64,000 nt of DNA from NCBI GenBank assembly GCA_963665145.1, contig OY762064.1, positions 194,403 through 258,402 of the forward strand. The letters run 5' to 3'. Shown piece after piece: positions 1-9,628 of the stretch (positions are counted from its first letter, which is position 1; every line of letters starts with the position of its first letter). The translations under genes were made by a program, and so were the position numbers. The DNA is from Gammaproteobacteria bacterium. Its GTDB lineage: Bacteria > Pseudomonadota > Gammaproteobacteria > Steroidobacterales > Foliamicaceae. The notes under the pieces are model-generated. The model ran no database searches. It saw nothing but the letters and a program-made list of their open reading frames with translations, and was not told where the DNA came from.

Positions 1-2248
1 CCCGAATGCTTCGCCCGAGCCCCGGCAGGATTACGGTGTCGAATTCCAGTCCCTTGGCCTTGTGCATGGTCATGATCTGCACCTGTGCGCCGGTTTCCGG
101 GTTGGTCACGAACTCATCGGTCAGTTTGAGTGTGCGGGATACGGCGTTGTCGATCTGGCTTCCCTGACTCACCTCCTCCAGGCTGTCGAGAAATTCCGCG
201 GCATGCCGCGCAGAATTTGCGTCGATATTGCCCGCGGGACCGCCCAGGGCCAGCCAGGTGCCTTCCACCCAACTGCGAAAATCCAGTTGGCCCCCCAGCC
301 TGAGTGATCGTTCCAGCACACCGACGACCCGGGCCAGACGCTTGCGTCCGTCGCTGCTGAGTCGACCGACCCGCTCCGCATCGCCGAGCAGGTCCCGGAT
401 CGTGTCATGCGGCGCGTCGTGGCACAGCCTGTGAAGATCACTCAGGGAAAGGCCGCACCATGGCGCGCGCAGGACCGCCAGCCAGGCGATCCGGTCGGAC
501 AGTTGCGCCAGTGCGCGCGCCAGTGCGGCCAGGTCCTGAACGACGCTGAAGCGCTTGCGCCGGTCGAATTCAGTCCGGCCCACGGCGATACCGGTCTTGC
601 CCAGCGCGTGGCTGACCTCCTCTCCGTGGGTGCGGCTTCGGACCAGGATGCCGATTGTGTCGCTGGGATGGTCCTTCAGGGTGTCTCGAACGATGTGCTC
701 GACGAGTGCCACCTCCGACTCGTGATCGCCCTTACGAAAATAGCTCAACTGGACCTCGGCATCCTCGCTGATTGCCTCTGGTGCGGGCTTGCAGGGCGTG
801 TAGGAAACGGTGCCCATGAGCGTGTCGCCCCGCGCGGGAAAAACCCTTGGGAAAATACCGTTGAACCAGCTCACGAGCTTCGGCGCCGAGCGAAAGTTGA
901 CGGTGAGTTTGAGCAACTCGGGCCGCAGGTCTCTCAAGCCCGTCTCGCAGACTCCCAGGAAACCTCGTACGTCAGCTTCCCGGAAGCCGTAAATAGACTG
1001 CATGGGGTCTCCAACCATGAACACCGTGCGGCCATCGCCTTCCTGCCATTCTCGAATCATCTGCTCCAGCAGCTTGAGTTGGGTGTGCGAAGTATCCTGG
1101 AATTCATCCACGAGGATGTGGCGCAAGCGCGCGTCAAGGCGTTCGGCCAGGAATGAGGGCCGATTGTCATGGTCCAGGGCCTTGAGGGCCGCCTGGCTGA
1201 CTTCCGTGTAGTCGGTTTCTCTTCGCTGTGCGAACAGTACTTTCAGCTGGGCAAATGCGTTCTTCAGCACGCGCAAGACCGATTGCACCAGTTGCAGCCG
1301 GTGCTCTTCGTAGGTCGGCGCGTCCAGGATCCGCAGCCGGGCCAGCCGTTCGCGAAATTCCGTCGAACTTCGGATTGCCTGCTCCAGATCGGTTCCAACC
1401 TCTGTCTTGAACCGGACCAGCCAGTCGTCGTTCTTCTTCAGCAGGTCCCCGGCTGCGCGGCCCCATCCGGCAAGTGCATTCGGGTCCGACGGGTCATTGG
1501 GTCCTTCAGTGGATGCCCAGTGCCCGGCGAAGATCTTTTCGAATTGCCCTCGGCAACCTCCCAGGCTTTCCAGCATCCGGCCGGTCTCGCGCCGGACCAG
1601 GCCCCGTAGCGCTGAATTGAGTGCTGCGGCATTGCCGCCGGATCCCAGAAGCGGCAGCCATTGCTCGCGCTTTGCAAGCATTCCCGCAACCAGGTTGGTG
1701 AATTGCCGGCCGCTTCCGTCCAGGTGTCGAAGCAGGGTCTGGACATCCTGATCGCCTTGCCGAATACCGTCGTAAAGGAGAATCCGCGCAGCCGACTCAT
1801 ACAGTTGTGCTGAATCGGCGCGGAGCGAGCCCAGTGCCCCGCCTCCACTGGAGACGGGTGAACTCACTGCCAGCCAGGAACCCAGCGAGTCGATGGTGAT
1901 TATGCGCATGCGTGCGGGGTTGTCCGGCAGGTCCCAGCCGCGCTTTGTTGACTGCTCCAGTACGCGCCGGGCGAGCTTGAGGCTCAACCGGCGGTGGGGA
2001 GGTACCACACCGCTGCCGGCAGCCGCCTCGCGCAGGCTCCGGGCTACACGCTCACGCATTTCCGCGGCCGCCTTGCGGGTAAAGGTAATCGCCAGTACCG
2101 CGTCGGGTTCTTCCTCACGGCCAAGAAGATTCAGATAGCGCTGGACGAGAATCTCGGTCTTGCCCGAACCCGCCGGCGCCTGCACGATGAACGAGCGCTC
2201 CGGGTCCAGCGCCCGATCGCGAATTGCCTGGTCGGCCGGCGCGCTCAT
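1..2248 (-). CDS. UvrD/Rep-family helicase-nuclease subunit (AddA/RecB-like); C-terminal part lies beyond the window edge
   Basis: Absent from the ORF track because it has no stop in the window. My minus-strand translation from ATG 2248 gives MSAPADQAIRDRALDPERSFIVQAPAGSGKTEILVQRYL (Walker A), then HILVDEFQDTS and VGDPMQSIYGFREA near 1130-1000 (helicase motifs II/III), and MTMHKAKGLEFDTVILPG at nt 82-2. All are in one open frame. The start overlaps the stop of the upstream gene (ATGA, 2245-2248). Confidence 0.85.
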   Translation of the reverse strand, partial: MSAPADQAIRDRALDPERSFIVQAPAGSGKTEILVQRYLNLLGREEEPDAVLAITFTRKAAAEMRERVARSLREAAAGSGVVPPHRRLSLKLARRVLEQSTKRGWDLPDNPARMRIITIDSLGSWLAVSSPVSSGGGALGSLRADSAQLYESAARILLYDGIRQGDQDVQTLLRHLDGSGRQFTNLVAGMLAKREQWLPLLGSGGNAAALNSALRGLVRRETGRMLESLGGCRGQFEKIFAGHWASTEGPNDPSDPNALAGWGRAAGDLLKKNDDWLVRFKTEVGTDLEQAIRSSTEFRERLARLRILDAPTYEEHRLQLVQSVLRVLKNAFAQLKVLFAQRRETDYTEVSQAALKALDHDNRPSFLAERLDARLRHILVDEFQDTSHTQLKLLEQMIREWQEGDGRTVFMVGDPMQSIYGFREADVRGFLGVCETGLRDLRPELLKLTVNFRSAPKLVSWFNGIFPRVFPARGDTLMGTVSYTPCKPAPEAISEDAEVQLSYFRKGDHESEVALVEHIVRDTLKDHPSDTIGILVRSRTHGEEVSHALGKTGIAVGRTEFDRRKRFSVVQDLAALARALAQLSDRIAWLAVLRAPWCGLSLSDLHRLCHDAPHDTIRDLLGDAERVGRLSSDGRKRLARVVGVLERSLRLGGQLDFRSWVEGTWLALGGPAGNIDANSARHAAEFLDSLEEVSQGSQIDNAVSRTLKLTDEFVTNPETGAQVQIMTMHKAKGLEFDTVILPGLGRSIR

Positions 2249-5007
2249 GCCTGCTCCAGTTCCTGGATGCGGCTCAATACCTGGTACTGATTGCGCGCTC
2301 CGTCCTCGTAGGAGAAGATCTCGATACGCGCGTCTCCGCGGCACAAGGCATCCGCCGCGTCCTGCAGCGCTCGCCGCCAGCCCTCCAGGAGCTCTTGCCA
2401 GGTCAAGTACTGCTTGAAATCCCTGTGCCGGGAAATGGGCAGCAGTTTCGGCATTTTTTGCTTGCCCGGAATTTCCGAGTCCGGGTCGCATATGCCCCTT
2501 ACCGTGAGCTGCTGCCCGGAAAGAAATACGTACGCCACACCCGACACACCTTCGGTGACCAGCGCGTATGCCGGAAGCTGACTGGAGCGCAAGCGTTTGG
2601 GATTGAGCCCGGAGAGCGGGATTTCTCGGCCAGTCTTGTAATCGAGAACCAGGGGGCCACTGTTGGAGGCCGCCGCATCGACTCGATCCAGCCTCATCCG
2701 CAGGGTGACCCCCTCCAGCATCAATTGGGCTTGTTCTTCCAGCTTCTCAACGCGGAAACCACCCCGGCCCAGATCAAGACCAACCCAGTCGAGCGCCAGT
2801 TGCACTGTCCGTTCGCGCTCCAGCTGCATGAGCCCAAGCACCAGGGGCCGGACGCCTGGAGGCTCGTCTTTGGGAATCTCCGCGGCCCATTCCTCCAGCT
2901 TCGGGCCCAGGTCAGGTAATGAGGCACGCAGCGATGCAGCATCTCCATACTCGGTATAGAGACGGCACAAGAGCTTGTGCATGATGTCGCCGCGGTCAAG
3001 CGGGCTGATTCCGTCCCATGGCCCTGGAAATTCCTTTGCGTGCAGGCGGAACTCGGAAAACGCGCGAAACGGGTTCTTGAGTTGATGGTCCATCAGGCGC
3101 GTGCCGCCGCTGATCTCCTCGCTTTCATCCAGCGCGGGAGCCGGGTCCTTGTGGAGTTTCTCCAGAGAAGCACTGGCACGAAGGACTTCGGCGTAAGGCG
3201 TGACTTCTTCCGCCCCCACCACGCTTGCGTGGTCCTGTTTGCTCAATGCGGCAATCAGTGGACTGCAGGTTGTGGCCACCCCTTCTTCCGCAACCTTCGA
3301 CCAACTGAAAATGACTTTGTCAGCGCTTTGCAGCAAGGCCGCCGTCTGCCGGCGGGCCTGCTCCAGCGCAACCTGCGGGCTTGCCTGCGGCATTCTCAGT
3401 CGCCGTTGCAGTCCGAGCGGCAGCAATGGCGCGGGCCGGATCGACCTCGGCCACAAGGTGGCGCCCGCACCCGCCACCCACAGGCGCTCGAAGTGCATTC
3501 CCGCCGTTTCTTCGATCGGCAGGAGCTCGACCGCCTGGTCGGGGCCCTGAGGCTGAAATTTTCGCTCCCGTGCCATGGTGCGGATCCGGGTAAGCGCCAC
3601 CTGGAGGGGTACGCCCCTGGAGGACACGGCATCGCAGCCGCCAAAGTCCGACAGCAGGCGTCCCCATGCTTCCACCGCCTGCTGCTCGCTGCTCGCCAGC
3701 GGCCGCGCCCCGGGCCAGCCCATCTCGCGCAAGAATGTGGTGAACACTGCGGCCCAGGTGCGATAGGAGTGCGTATTGCCTTTCCCTCGCGCTGATCGTG
3801 ATGCCTTCCAGCCCTGCCGAAGAGTTTCGGCAAGAATGGGTGCTCCACGCTCTACCCGGGCCCCTGCCCGGGCCATCAACTGGGTACGCGTAATTTCGCC
3901 GCCTACCAGTCTTTCCCGTATCCTGCGCTCAAGACGCGCACGGGCGCCGGCTTCCTTGTTCGACCCGCGCAGGTAAGCGCCGCGCAATACGCGACTGGCA
4001 ACTTCGAAGTCGATTGCCGTGGGCAGCAGGCAAAGCAGATCCAGCGCCATTTCCGCCGGCCCGACATGCGCCAGGGACTGTGCCTCGGCGCTGTTCAGCG
4101 GTGCATCCTGGGGAAAGCCTCTTGCCTGCCAGGCCGGTTGCATTCGATCCAGCAAAGCCCGGCGCGCCCGCGGCGCCCGCTCGTGAAAATCGAGAAGCAC
4201 GACGCCTGCGTTGCCCTCGCAGGTCCAATTCGCTGCTGCCTGCAACTCCTCGTCAGCGGTCTCGTAATCGATCCGGCAAACTTCCGCCGCCCTGGGAGCC
4301 CGAGGAGGATCCATGACGGAAACTCCGCCGGAGCGAAGGACCTGAATCAGATCAGTCTGCGGAGGCGGCAATGGTCCGTCCAGACCGAGCAGATAGAGCG
4401 GCCCGGTCGTTGATACGGCTCCAGCCATCAAATCCTGTGTCAGGAGCTGTGTAAGTCCCGCAGGTTCAAGCCAGCTGCCTGACTGGCACAGCTCCTCGAA
4501 GCGTCCGACCCATAGGGCAAAGCGCCGTTCATCCTCGCCTTCAATCTCGGAACGCAAGCGTTCAAGATTCAATCCATACTCGATCGCCAGGTTCCAGCTC
4601 TTGCGGGCGAGGTCGGCGTTCTGCTCCAGGTCGAAGCCTTCCACCGCGTCCCCTGCCAGGGCCTGTTCCCAGAGCATCAGCGAACCATGGGACGACAGCA
4701 AGGTGGACTCCCCGGCCTTTCCTCCACGCAGCAGCGATTCTTCCCACAGCCGCCGCATCCATTCCTGCCATGAGAACACCGCCGGCCGTCGCCATACGCT
4801 TGCATTCGCCTCCCGGCGCCACTGTCCGTAGCGGAAGCGAATGCGCCGCGCCAGTCTTGCCGTGCCGGTAATCGCCATTGCCCCATCGCGGAGCGCGGGA
4901 AACAATTGCTGAGCGAGGATTTCCTGGTACGAGAGCGGGTTCAACTTAAGTTCTGTATCGGAGCCTGGCCTAAAGGTTAAGCTACCCTCGCTCAATTGCC
5001 AATCCAC
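2245..5007 (-). CDS. PD-(D/E)XK nuclease family protein, AddB-like partner of the helicase
   Basis: 920-aa ORF with GTG start and a 4-nt overlap with the downstream helicase gene. The C-terminal 'RMRLDRVD...PLVLDYKTG' matches the RecB-family nuclease motif (D...D-Y-K). Size and position fit AddB-type subunits. Confidence 0.7.
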   Translation of the reverse strand: MDWQLSEGSLTFRPGSDTELKLNPLSYQEILAQQLFPALRDGAMAITGTARLARRIRFRYGQWRREANASVWRRPAVFSWQEWMRRLWEESLLRGGKAGESTLLSSHGSLMLWEQALAGDAVEGFDLEQNADLARKSWNLAIEYGLNLERLRSEIEGEDERRFALWVGRFEELCQSGSWLEPAGLTQLLTQDLMAGAVSTTGPLYLLGLDGPLPPPQTDLIQVLRSGGVSVMDPPRAPRAAEVCRIDYETADEELQAAANWTCEGNAGVVLLDFHERAPRARRALLDRMQPAWQARGFPQDAPLNSAEAQSLAHVGPAEMALDLLCLLPTAIDFEVASRVLRGAYLRGSNKEAGARARLERRIRERLVGGEITRTQLMARAGARVERGAPILAETLRQGWKASRSARGKGNTHSYRTWAAVFTTFLREMGWPGARPLASSEQQAVEAWGRLLSDFGGCDAVSSRGVPLQVALTRIRTMARERKFQPQGPDQAVELLPIEETAGMHFERLWVAGAGATLWPRSIRPAPLLPLGLQRRLRMPQASPQVALEQARRQTAALLQSADKVIFSWSKVAEEGVATTCSPLIAALSKQDHASVVGAEEVTPYAEVLRASASLEKLHKDPAPALDESEEISGGTRLMDHQLKNPFRAFSEFRLHAKEFPGPWDGISPLDRGDIMHKLLCRLYTEYGDAASLRASLPDLGPKLEEWAAEIPKDEPPGVRPLVLGLMQLERERTVQLALDWVGLDLGRGGFRVEKLEEQAQLMLEGVTLRMRLDRVDAAASNSGPLVLDYKTGREIPLSGLNPKRLRSSQLPAYALVTEGVSGVAYVFLSGQQLTVRGICDPDSEIPGKQKMPKLLPISRHRDFKQYLTWQELLEGWRRALQDAADALCRGDARIEIFSYEDGARNQYQVLSRIQELEQA

Positions 5008-5016
5008 TTAAGGCGC

Positions 5017-6990
5017 ATGGAATATCCGCTTCTGCTTGAACCGATAACGCTGGCCGGTCGAACGGTGCGCAATCGCGTGGTCCACGCGTCGATGAGCACG
5101 CGTTATACACAGAACCAGGAGATCGATCCGCGCCTGGTGCGCTACCACGCCAATCGAGCCGCAGGCGGGGTGGGAATGATTGTTACCGAGCCGCTGAACG
5201 TGCTGCCCTGGCATGATAGGTCGCACCGCCCTGCCCTGTTCGAGCCGAACGGCCTCGATGCCCTGGCCCACTGGGCCGACGCCGTTGAGAGCCGGGGCTG
5301 CCGTCTGCTGGGGCAGTTTCAGGATTCCGGTCGCGGCCACCGGGAGGCGGGCCGCTCGCAGCTGGCCTGGGCGCCATCGGCGCTGCCTGATGACTTGAGC
5401 TGGACCATGCCCAGGGAGATGCCCCGGCACCGCATTCAAGAGGCAATCGAGCACTTTGGCAAAGGCGCCCGACGGCTGGAAGAAGCTGGCTTCAGCGGGG
5501 TGGAGTTGTCCGCCGGGCACGGCCACCTGTTTCATCAGTTCCTGTCGCCCGCAGCCAACATACGGGAGGACGAATACGGCGGCGACCTGGAAGGCAGGAC
5601 CCGATTTGTCAGAGAACTAATAGAAATAATAACAAGTAATTGTAGGAATGATTTCATAATAGGTCTTAAGCTCCCGGGGACTGACGGGATACGGGGAGGC
5701 ATCGATCATCCGGAGTCTGCGCGTATTACTGCGCGACTGGCAGAGTCCGGCGGCTTTCACTACCTGGTCTATTGCGACGGCTCACATTCCCATACGCTGG
5801 AAACTCACATTCCCGACATGAGTTACCCGCGCGCGCCGTATGTCGACGGGCACGCGGAGATCGCGGCCAACGCGCCGGATGTTCCGCTCATCGCTCTGGG
5901 ATTGATCACGGACCCGGCGGAAGCGGAAGGGATCCTGTCGTCCGGCAAGGCGCAGATGGTGGCGCTGGGCCGGCCGCTGGTCACCGACGCGGCCTGGGTC
6001 AGGAAATCTGCGGAAGGCAGGCAGTCCGAGATTCGCTACTGTGTGTCCTGCAATACCTGCTGGGCCACGATCGTCGAGCGCAAGCCGATCCTTTGCGACA
6101 ACAATCCCCGGCTCTCTCAGCCCGACGAAGTGGACTACTGGCCGCTTCCGACCAGTGCCGGGCGGCGCGTCGTGGTTGTGGGCGCCGGTCCGGCGGGCCT
6201 GGAGGCTGGCTGGGTGGCTGCCGCGCGTGGCCACGAGGTGACGGTATTCGGTTCATCCGAGCGACCCGGGGGCAAGGCATACCTCCACGCCCAATTGCCC
6301 GGCGGCGAGAACGTCAGCAGCGTCTACGATTATCAGGAAATGGCAGCGGCCAAGGCCGGCGCCACGGTACACCTTGGATTCCGGGCAGGTGTGGACGACG
6401 TGCGGCAATGCGAGCCGAACGTGGTGGTCCTGGCGGGCGGCGCCTCAATGCTGTGGCCAGACGGATGGCCCGGGGTGTGGCGCGATTTCGTATTCGATGT
6501 TCGCGACGTCAGTCGCGAAATGCTGGACCGGCCCGACGAGAACATTGACGGAACGGCGGTGTTATGGGACCAGGATCACACGCTGGCTACCTACGCAGCC
6601 GCCGAATTGCTGGCGCAGCGTTTCTCCCGTTTGGTCATCGTGACTCCCCGCGAGCGCCTCGCAAGCGACGTGGGCCTGGTAACGCGGCAGGGAATTTATC
6701 GCCGCCTGTATGGCATGCCGAATGTAGAGATCCTGCTCCTCTCGGACATCCATGCTGATTCCGCGCTGGATGAAGGCCGCGTAACCTGCCGTAATGTGCT
6801 TAACGGTTCCTTCACCGATATCCATGACCTGGCCCTGCTGACCTGGTCCGGCAGTCGCGCGCCCAACGATGAACTAGCCGCGCCGCTGAGGGCGGAAGGC
6901 CTGGAAGTGGTGTGCGTAGGCGATTGCGACATGCCGCGGACGCTGCTCGCCGCAACCTCCGACGGCCATGCGCTGGGCCGCGCGCTATAG
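5017..6990 (+). CDS. NADH:flavin oxidoreductase, 2,4-dienoyl-CoA reductase-like (OYE barrel + Fe-S + FAD/NAD(P) domain)
   Basis: 'GVELSAGHGHLFHQFLSP' and 'REDEYGGDLEGRTRF' are Old Yellow Enzyme motifs. 'YCVSCNTCW...ILCDNNP' is an Fe-S Cys cluster. 'VVVVGAGPAGLEAG' is a Rossmann motif. Start taken at ATG 5017 (MEYPLLLEP); the ORF track begins at TTG 4996. Confidence 0.85.
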   Translation: MEYPLLLEPITLAGRTVRNRVVHASMSTRYTQNQEIDPRLVRYHANRAAGGVGMIVTEPLNVLPWHDRSHRPALFEPNGLDALAHWADAVESRGCRLLGQFQDSGRGHREAGRSQLAWAPSALPDDLSWTMPREMPRHRIQEAIEHFGKGARRLEEAGFSGVELSAGHGHLFHQFLSPAANIREDEYGGDLEGRTRFVRELIEIITSNCRNDFIIGLKLPGTDGIRGGIDHPESARITARLAESGGFHYLVYCDGSHSHTLETHIPDMSYPRAPYVDGHAEIAANAPDVPLIALGLITDPAEAEGILSSGKAQMVALGRPLVTDAAWVRKSAEGRQSEIRYCVSCNTCWATIVERKPILCDNNPRLSQPDEVDYWPLPTSAGRRVVVVGAGPAGLEAGWVAAARGHEVTVFGSSERPGGKAYLHAQLPGGENVSSVYDYQEMAAAKAGATVHLGFRAGVDDVRQCEPNVVVLAGGASMLWPDGWPGVWRDFVFDVRDVSREMLDRPDENIDGTAVLWDQDHTLATYAAAELLAQRFSRLVIVTPRERLASDVGLVTRQGIYRRLYGMPNVEILLLSDIHADSALDEGRVTCRNVLNGSFTDIHDLALLTWSGSRAPNDELAAPLRAEGLEVVCVGDCDMPRTLLAATSDGHALGRAL

Positions 6991-7027
6991 CCTGGGAGAG
7001 AGGGCGCCTCGCCCTCAAATCCCGGGG

Positions 7028-8044
7028 CTACATGAACGGACGGACCACCTTGTTGGACTCCATGTAGCAGTACGACAGCATCCAGTAAAGGTTGGTGCCG
7101 ATGCGTTCGGCGGTGGGTTCCGTAAAGACGTAGCCGAGCGACTTGATCTCGTCGCCGATGTATTCCAGCACGTAGAGCACCAGCACGTCGCGGGTGAAGA
7201 CGTCGCTGTAGTTGTTGAGCGGCCAGTCCACCTGGGATAGCCGGATGCCGATCACCCTGCCGTCCGAATGGGTGATGCGCGCTCCGCCGCCGCGGTCGTG
7301 CACCTGGAGGCCGTCGTATCGCCTGTATTCCTCGTCACGCCCACCGCTCACGCCGGGGATGTCGATGTAGCAACTCATCACGCGCGCCGCGTGCAGCTCG
7401 TAGGTCCCCCCGGGATGATCCCGGCCACCCGGCGCATCCAGCCACAACTGCTGCTCGCCCAGTACCGATTCACTTGCCCATGCCGCGCACTCGCCTTCAG
7501 CCTGGCCGCGGAATTGCGCGGCCTCGCGGGTCCAGTAGACGACGCAATCCGGCGGCCCATCCGGTCTTGCCGTAACGCCGGCGCCTTCGGCCATCGGCTC
7601 CAGGTTCTCAACCGGCCGGTCCCAGACCTCCATGCGCGTCGCCTCCCGTTCGTTGTCCGGCGAAAGGGTCAGCGCTCCCGCACGGGTAAGTTCGGAATAG
7701 TCTCCGCCGGCGAATTCCCGGAAGGCCATCAGCATGGAATCCGGCCCTCCGACGCGTTCGACGCGAATTTCGATACGGTCGTGGCGCTCGTTTTCCGGGT
7801 AGCCGATGCGACGGTCGAAATACACCTGGTTGTAGTTGTCGTAAACGCGCGCCAGAAGTTCAGCAAGGACCATGGCATTGCGTTCCGTGGGCGTGGAGTC
7901 CTCGCCTTGCGCGAATGCCGGGGAGGCCGTTGCGAGGCTGGCAAAGCCGGCAAGCACAATCAAGGCGTGGGAGAGAGGACGTCTCGTGCTCTCTGGAGGG
8001 CGGGACGCAATCCCTCCCGGTATTCTTCTACCCCGGCTATCCAT
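7028..8044 (-). CDS. exported hypothetical protein (weak CpcT/CpeT-lyase-like motifs)
   Basis: 338-aa ORF with an N-terminal signal-like 'LIVLAGFASLATASPAFAQGED'. 'LAELLARVYDNYNQVYF' and 'CVVYWTREAAQFRGQAEGEC' resemble the CpcT/DUF1001 pattern (recalled from memory, unverified). 8-nt overlap with the upstream gene. Confidence 0.55.
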   Translation of the reverse strand: MDSRGRRIPGGIASRPPESTRRPLSHALIVLAGFASLATASPAFAQGEDSTPTERNAMVLAELLARVYDNYNQVYFDRRIGYPENERHDRIEIRVERVGGPDSMLMAFREFAGGDYSELTRAGALTLSPDNEREATRMEVWDRPVENLEPMAEGAGVTARPDGPPDCVVYWTREAAQFRGQAEGECAAWASESVLGEQQLWLDAPGGRDHPGGTYELHAARVMSCYIDIPGVSGGRDEEYRRYDGLQVHDRGGGARITHSDGRVIGIRLSQVDWPLNNYSDVFTRDVLVLYVLEYIGDEIKSLGYVFTEPTAERIGTNLYWMLSYCYMESNKVVRPFM

Positions 8045-8774
8045 GTTCGATCTCCAGGTCCATGAGCTCGTAGTAGGTCATCATGTAGCCGTAGACGGCG
8101 CCGCGCAGAAAGATGTAGTGGCCGTCGGCGGTACACCAGACATCGTATTTGGGATGTTCGTTGGGCAACCCCACGTTTTCGCCGAACCGGAAATGCAGGG
8201 CGTCGAACTCGCCCGCGCCCACTGTGATCTTCTCTTCACCCACGTATTCGATGGCGGGGGTGATGCTGAACAGCAGCGGGCCGGTCGCGCCGCGATGGTC
8301 GGGTGACGACATCAGCAGTTGAGGGAATCTCTGGACGCCGGGCCCCTTGCTCAAGTCGAACATGCTCAATACCCAGGAATCGCAGATGATGGCGTGGTCG
8401 ACAAACGCCCGGGGACGCTCGATCAGGCTCATCTTCTGCGACACACGGCCTTCAATCGCCGTGTAGGTTTCGCACTCTGCCTCGTCTTCCGAGAAACGGA
8501 ACCAGCCGCTGCCCATGAATCGGTCGCCGACCGAAATGCGCACGAAGCAGTCCAGCGGGTGCCAGTTCTCGTCCAGGGTCAGTGCGACATTGCGCATGAC
8601 GCTCGGGCGGTCGTCGATCTCGCTTTGCGCCATGCAGGTACGGTGCCCGTCGGAATGAACCGTGATCGTGAATCTCTCCCGGCCCCGTTCCTGGTCCATG
8701 CGCTCCGGCTTCTTGCTCAGGTAAGCAATACGGCCGTGGTAATTCACATGGTCAACTTGAAGTATGTCGCTCAT
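8037..8774 (-). CDS. hypothetical protein
   Basis: 245-aa ORF, co-directional and overlapping the next gene by 8 nt (ATGGATAG). I recognise no motif. Confidence 0.6.
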   Translation of the reverse strand: MSDILQVDHVNYHGRIAYLSKKPERMDQERGRERFTITVHSDGHRTCMAQSEIDDRPSVMRNVALTLDENWHPLDCFVRISVGDRFMGSGWFRFSEDEAECETYTAIEGRVSQKMSLIERPRAFVDHAIICDSWVLSMFDLSKGPGVQRFPQLLMSSPDHRGATGPLLFSITPAIEYVGEEKITVGAGEFDALHFRFGENVGLPNEHPKYDVWCTADGHYIFLRGAVYGYMMTYYELMDLEIEHG

Positions 8775-8805
8775 TTAAGCGTCCTCCCGTTTGGATTGAA
8801 ATTGG

Positions 8806-9309
8806 TTAATCCATCACTCCGTGCCCGCGCCGCGGCACGAGCACAGTTCGATCAAATACGCAAACAACGTTCCCATGCTGATTGCGGCCCGTGGTGCGCA
8901 CCTTCACGATGCCGGCGTTTGCGCGTGACTTTGATGGCCTCTTGCTCAGCACCTCGCTTGATCCGTAGAGCGTGTCGCCGATGAACAGCGGGTGCGGAAG
9001 GCGAACGTCGGTCCAGCCCAGGTTGGCGATGGCCTTTTCGCTGACGTCCGAGACGCTCATCCCCACAAGTACCGAAAGCGTGAGCGTGCTCACGATCAGG
9101 CGCCGGCCGAATTCGGTCTTCGACGCGTACTCCTTGTCGAAGTGCAGCGGATGGGTGTTCATGGTCAGCAAGGTGAACCAGGTGTTGTCGGCCTCGGTCA
9201 GCGTGCGGGCCGGGGAGTGTTCGTACACGTCCTCCTTGCGGAATTCCTCGTAGTAGCGTCCGCCTGTGCGCCGCACAACGCGGCCCTTTTCTGGGCTCGT
9301 TTCCGCCAC
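8806..9309 (-). CDS. MaoC-like (R)-specific enoyl-CoA hydratase/dehydratase (hot-dog fold)
   Basis: 167 aa. 'LLTMNTHPLHFDKEYA' and 'RLIVSTLTLSVLVGMSV' are a typical MaoC dehydratase core. Confidence 0.8.
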   Translation of the reverse strand: MAETSPEKGRVVRRTGGRYYEEFRKEDVYEHSPARTLTEADNTWFTLLTMNTHPLHFDKEYASKTEFGRRLIVSTLTLSVLVGMSVSDVSEKAIANLGWTDVRLPHPLFIGDTLYGSSEVLSKRPSKSRANAGIVKVRTTGRNQHGNVVCVFDRTVLVPRRGHGVMD

Positions 9310-9317
9310 TATGGAGG

Positions 9318-9626
9318 CTAGAGGTCCTGGCAGTGAATGAACACGGGGTCGGAGGCAAACTGGCGAAACTCGCTTGCCAGTCCGCCCACCACTGCCGATT
9401 GGATGTCTTCGCCGAATTTCTCCATGCTGTTGAGGTCGATGACCTCCACGTACTGGTAAGGCGGATCATCCGTGCCGCCCAAAAGGCCAACGGAGCGCAG
9501 TACCCTGAACCGATCCACCGACGGCAGCCGGTTCACTTCCACCAGGTCGCGGCTGCGCGCCCAGGCCTGGTATTCGGCTTGGTCGGCGCCCTCCTTCAAG
9601 TTGAACAGCACGATGACGCAATCCAT
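9318..9626 (-). CDS. small dimeric alpha/beta-barrel-type protein (EthD/REDY-like), function unknown
   Basis: 102-aa ORF starting 2 nt after the upstream gene's stop. 'VIVLFNLKEGADQAEYQAWA...YQYVEVIDL' has a ferredoxin-like barrel pattern. The family assignment is tentative. Confidence 0.5.
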   Translation of the reverse strand: MDCVIVLFNLKEGADQAEYQAWARSRDLVEVNRLPSVDRFRVLRSVGLLGGTDDPPYQYVEVIDLNSMEKFGEDIQSAVVGGLASEFRQFASDPVFIHCQDL

Positions 9627-9628
9627 AT

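Noticed and set aside
8852-9490. 212-aa minus-strand ORF overlapping the MaoC and small-barrel genes
   Set aside because: It is an alternative frame over two ORFs that have recognisable family motifs, and it has no features of its own.
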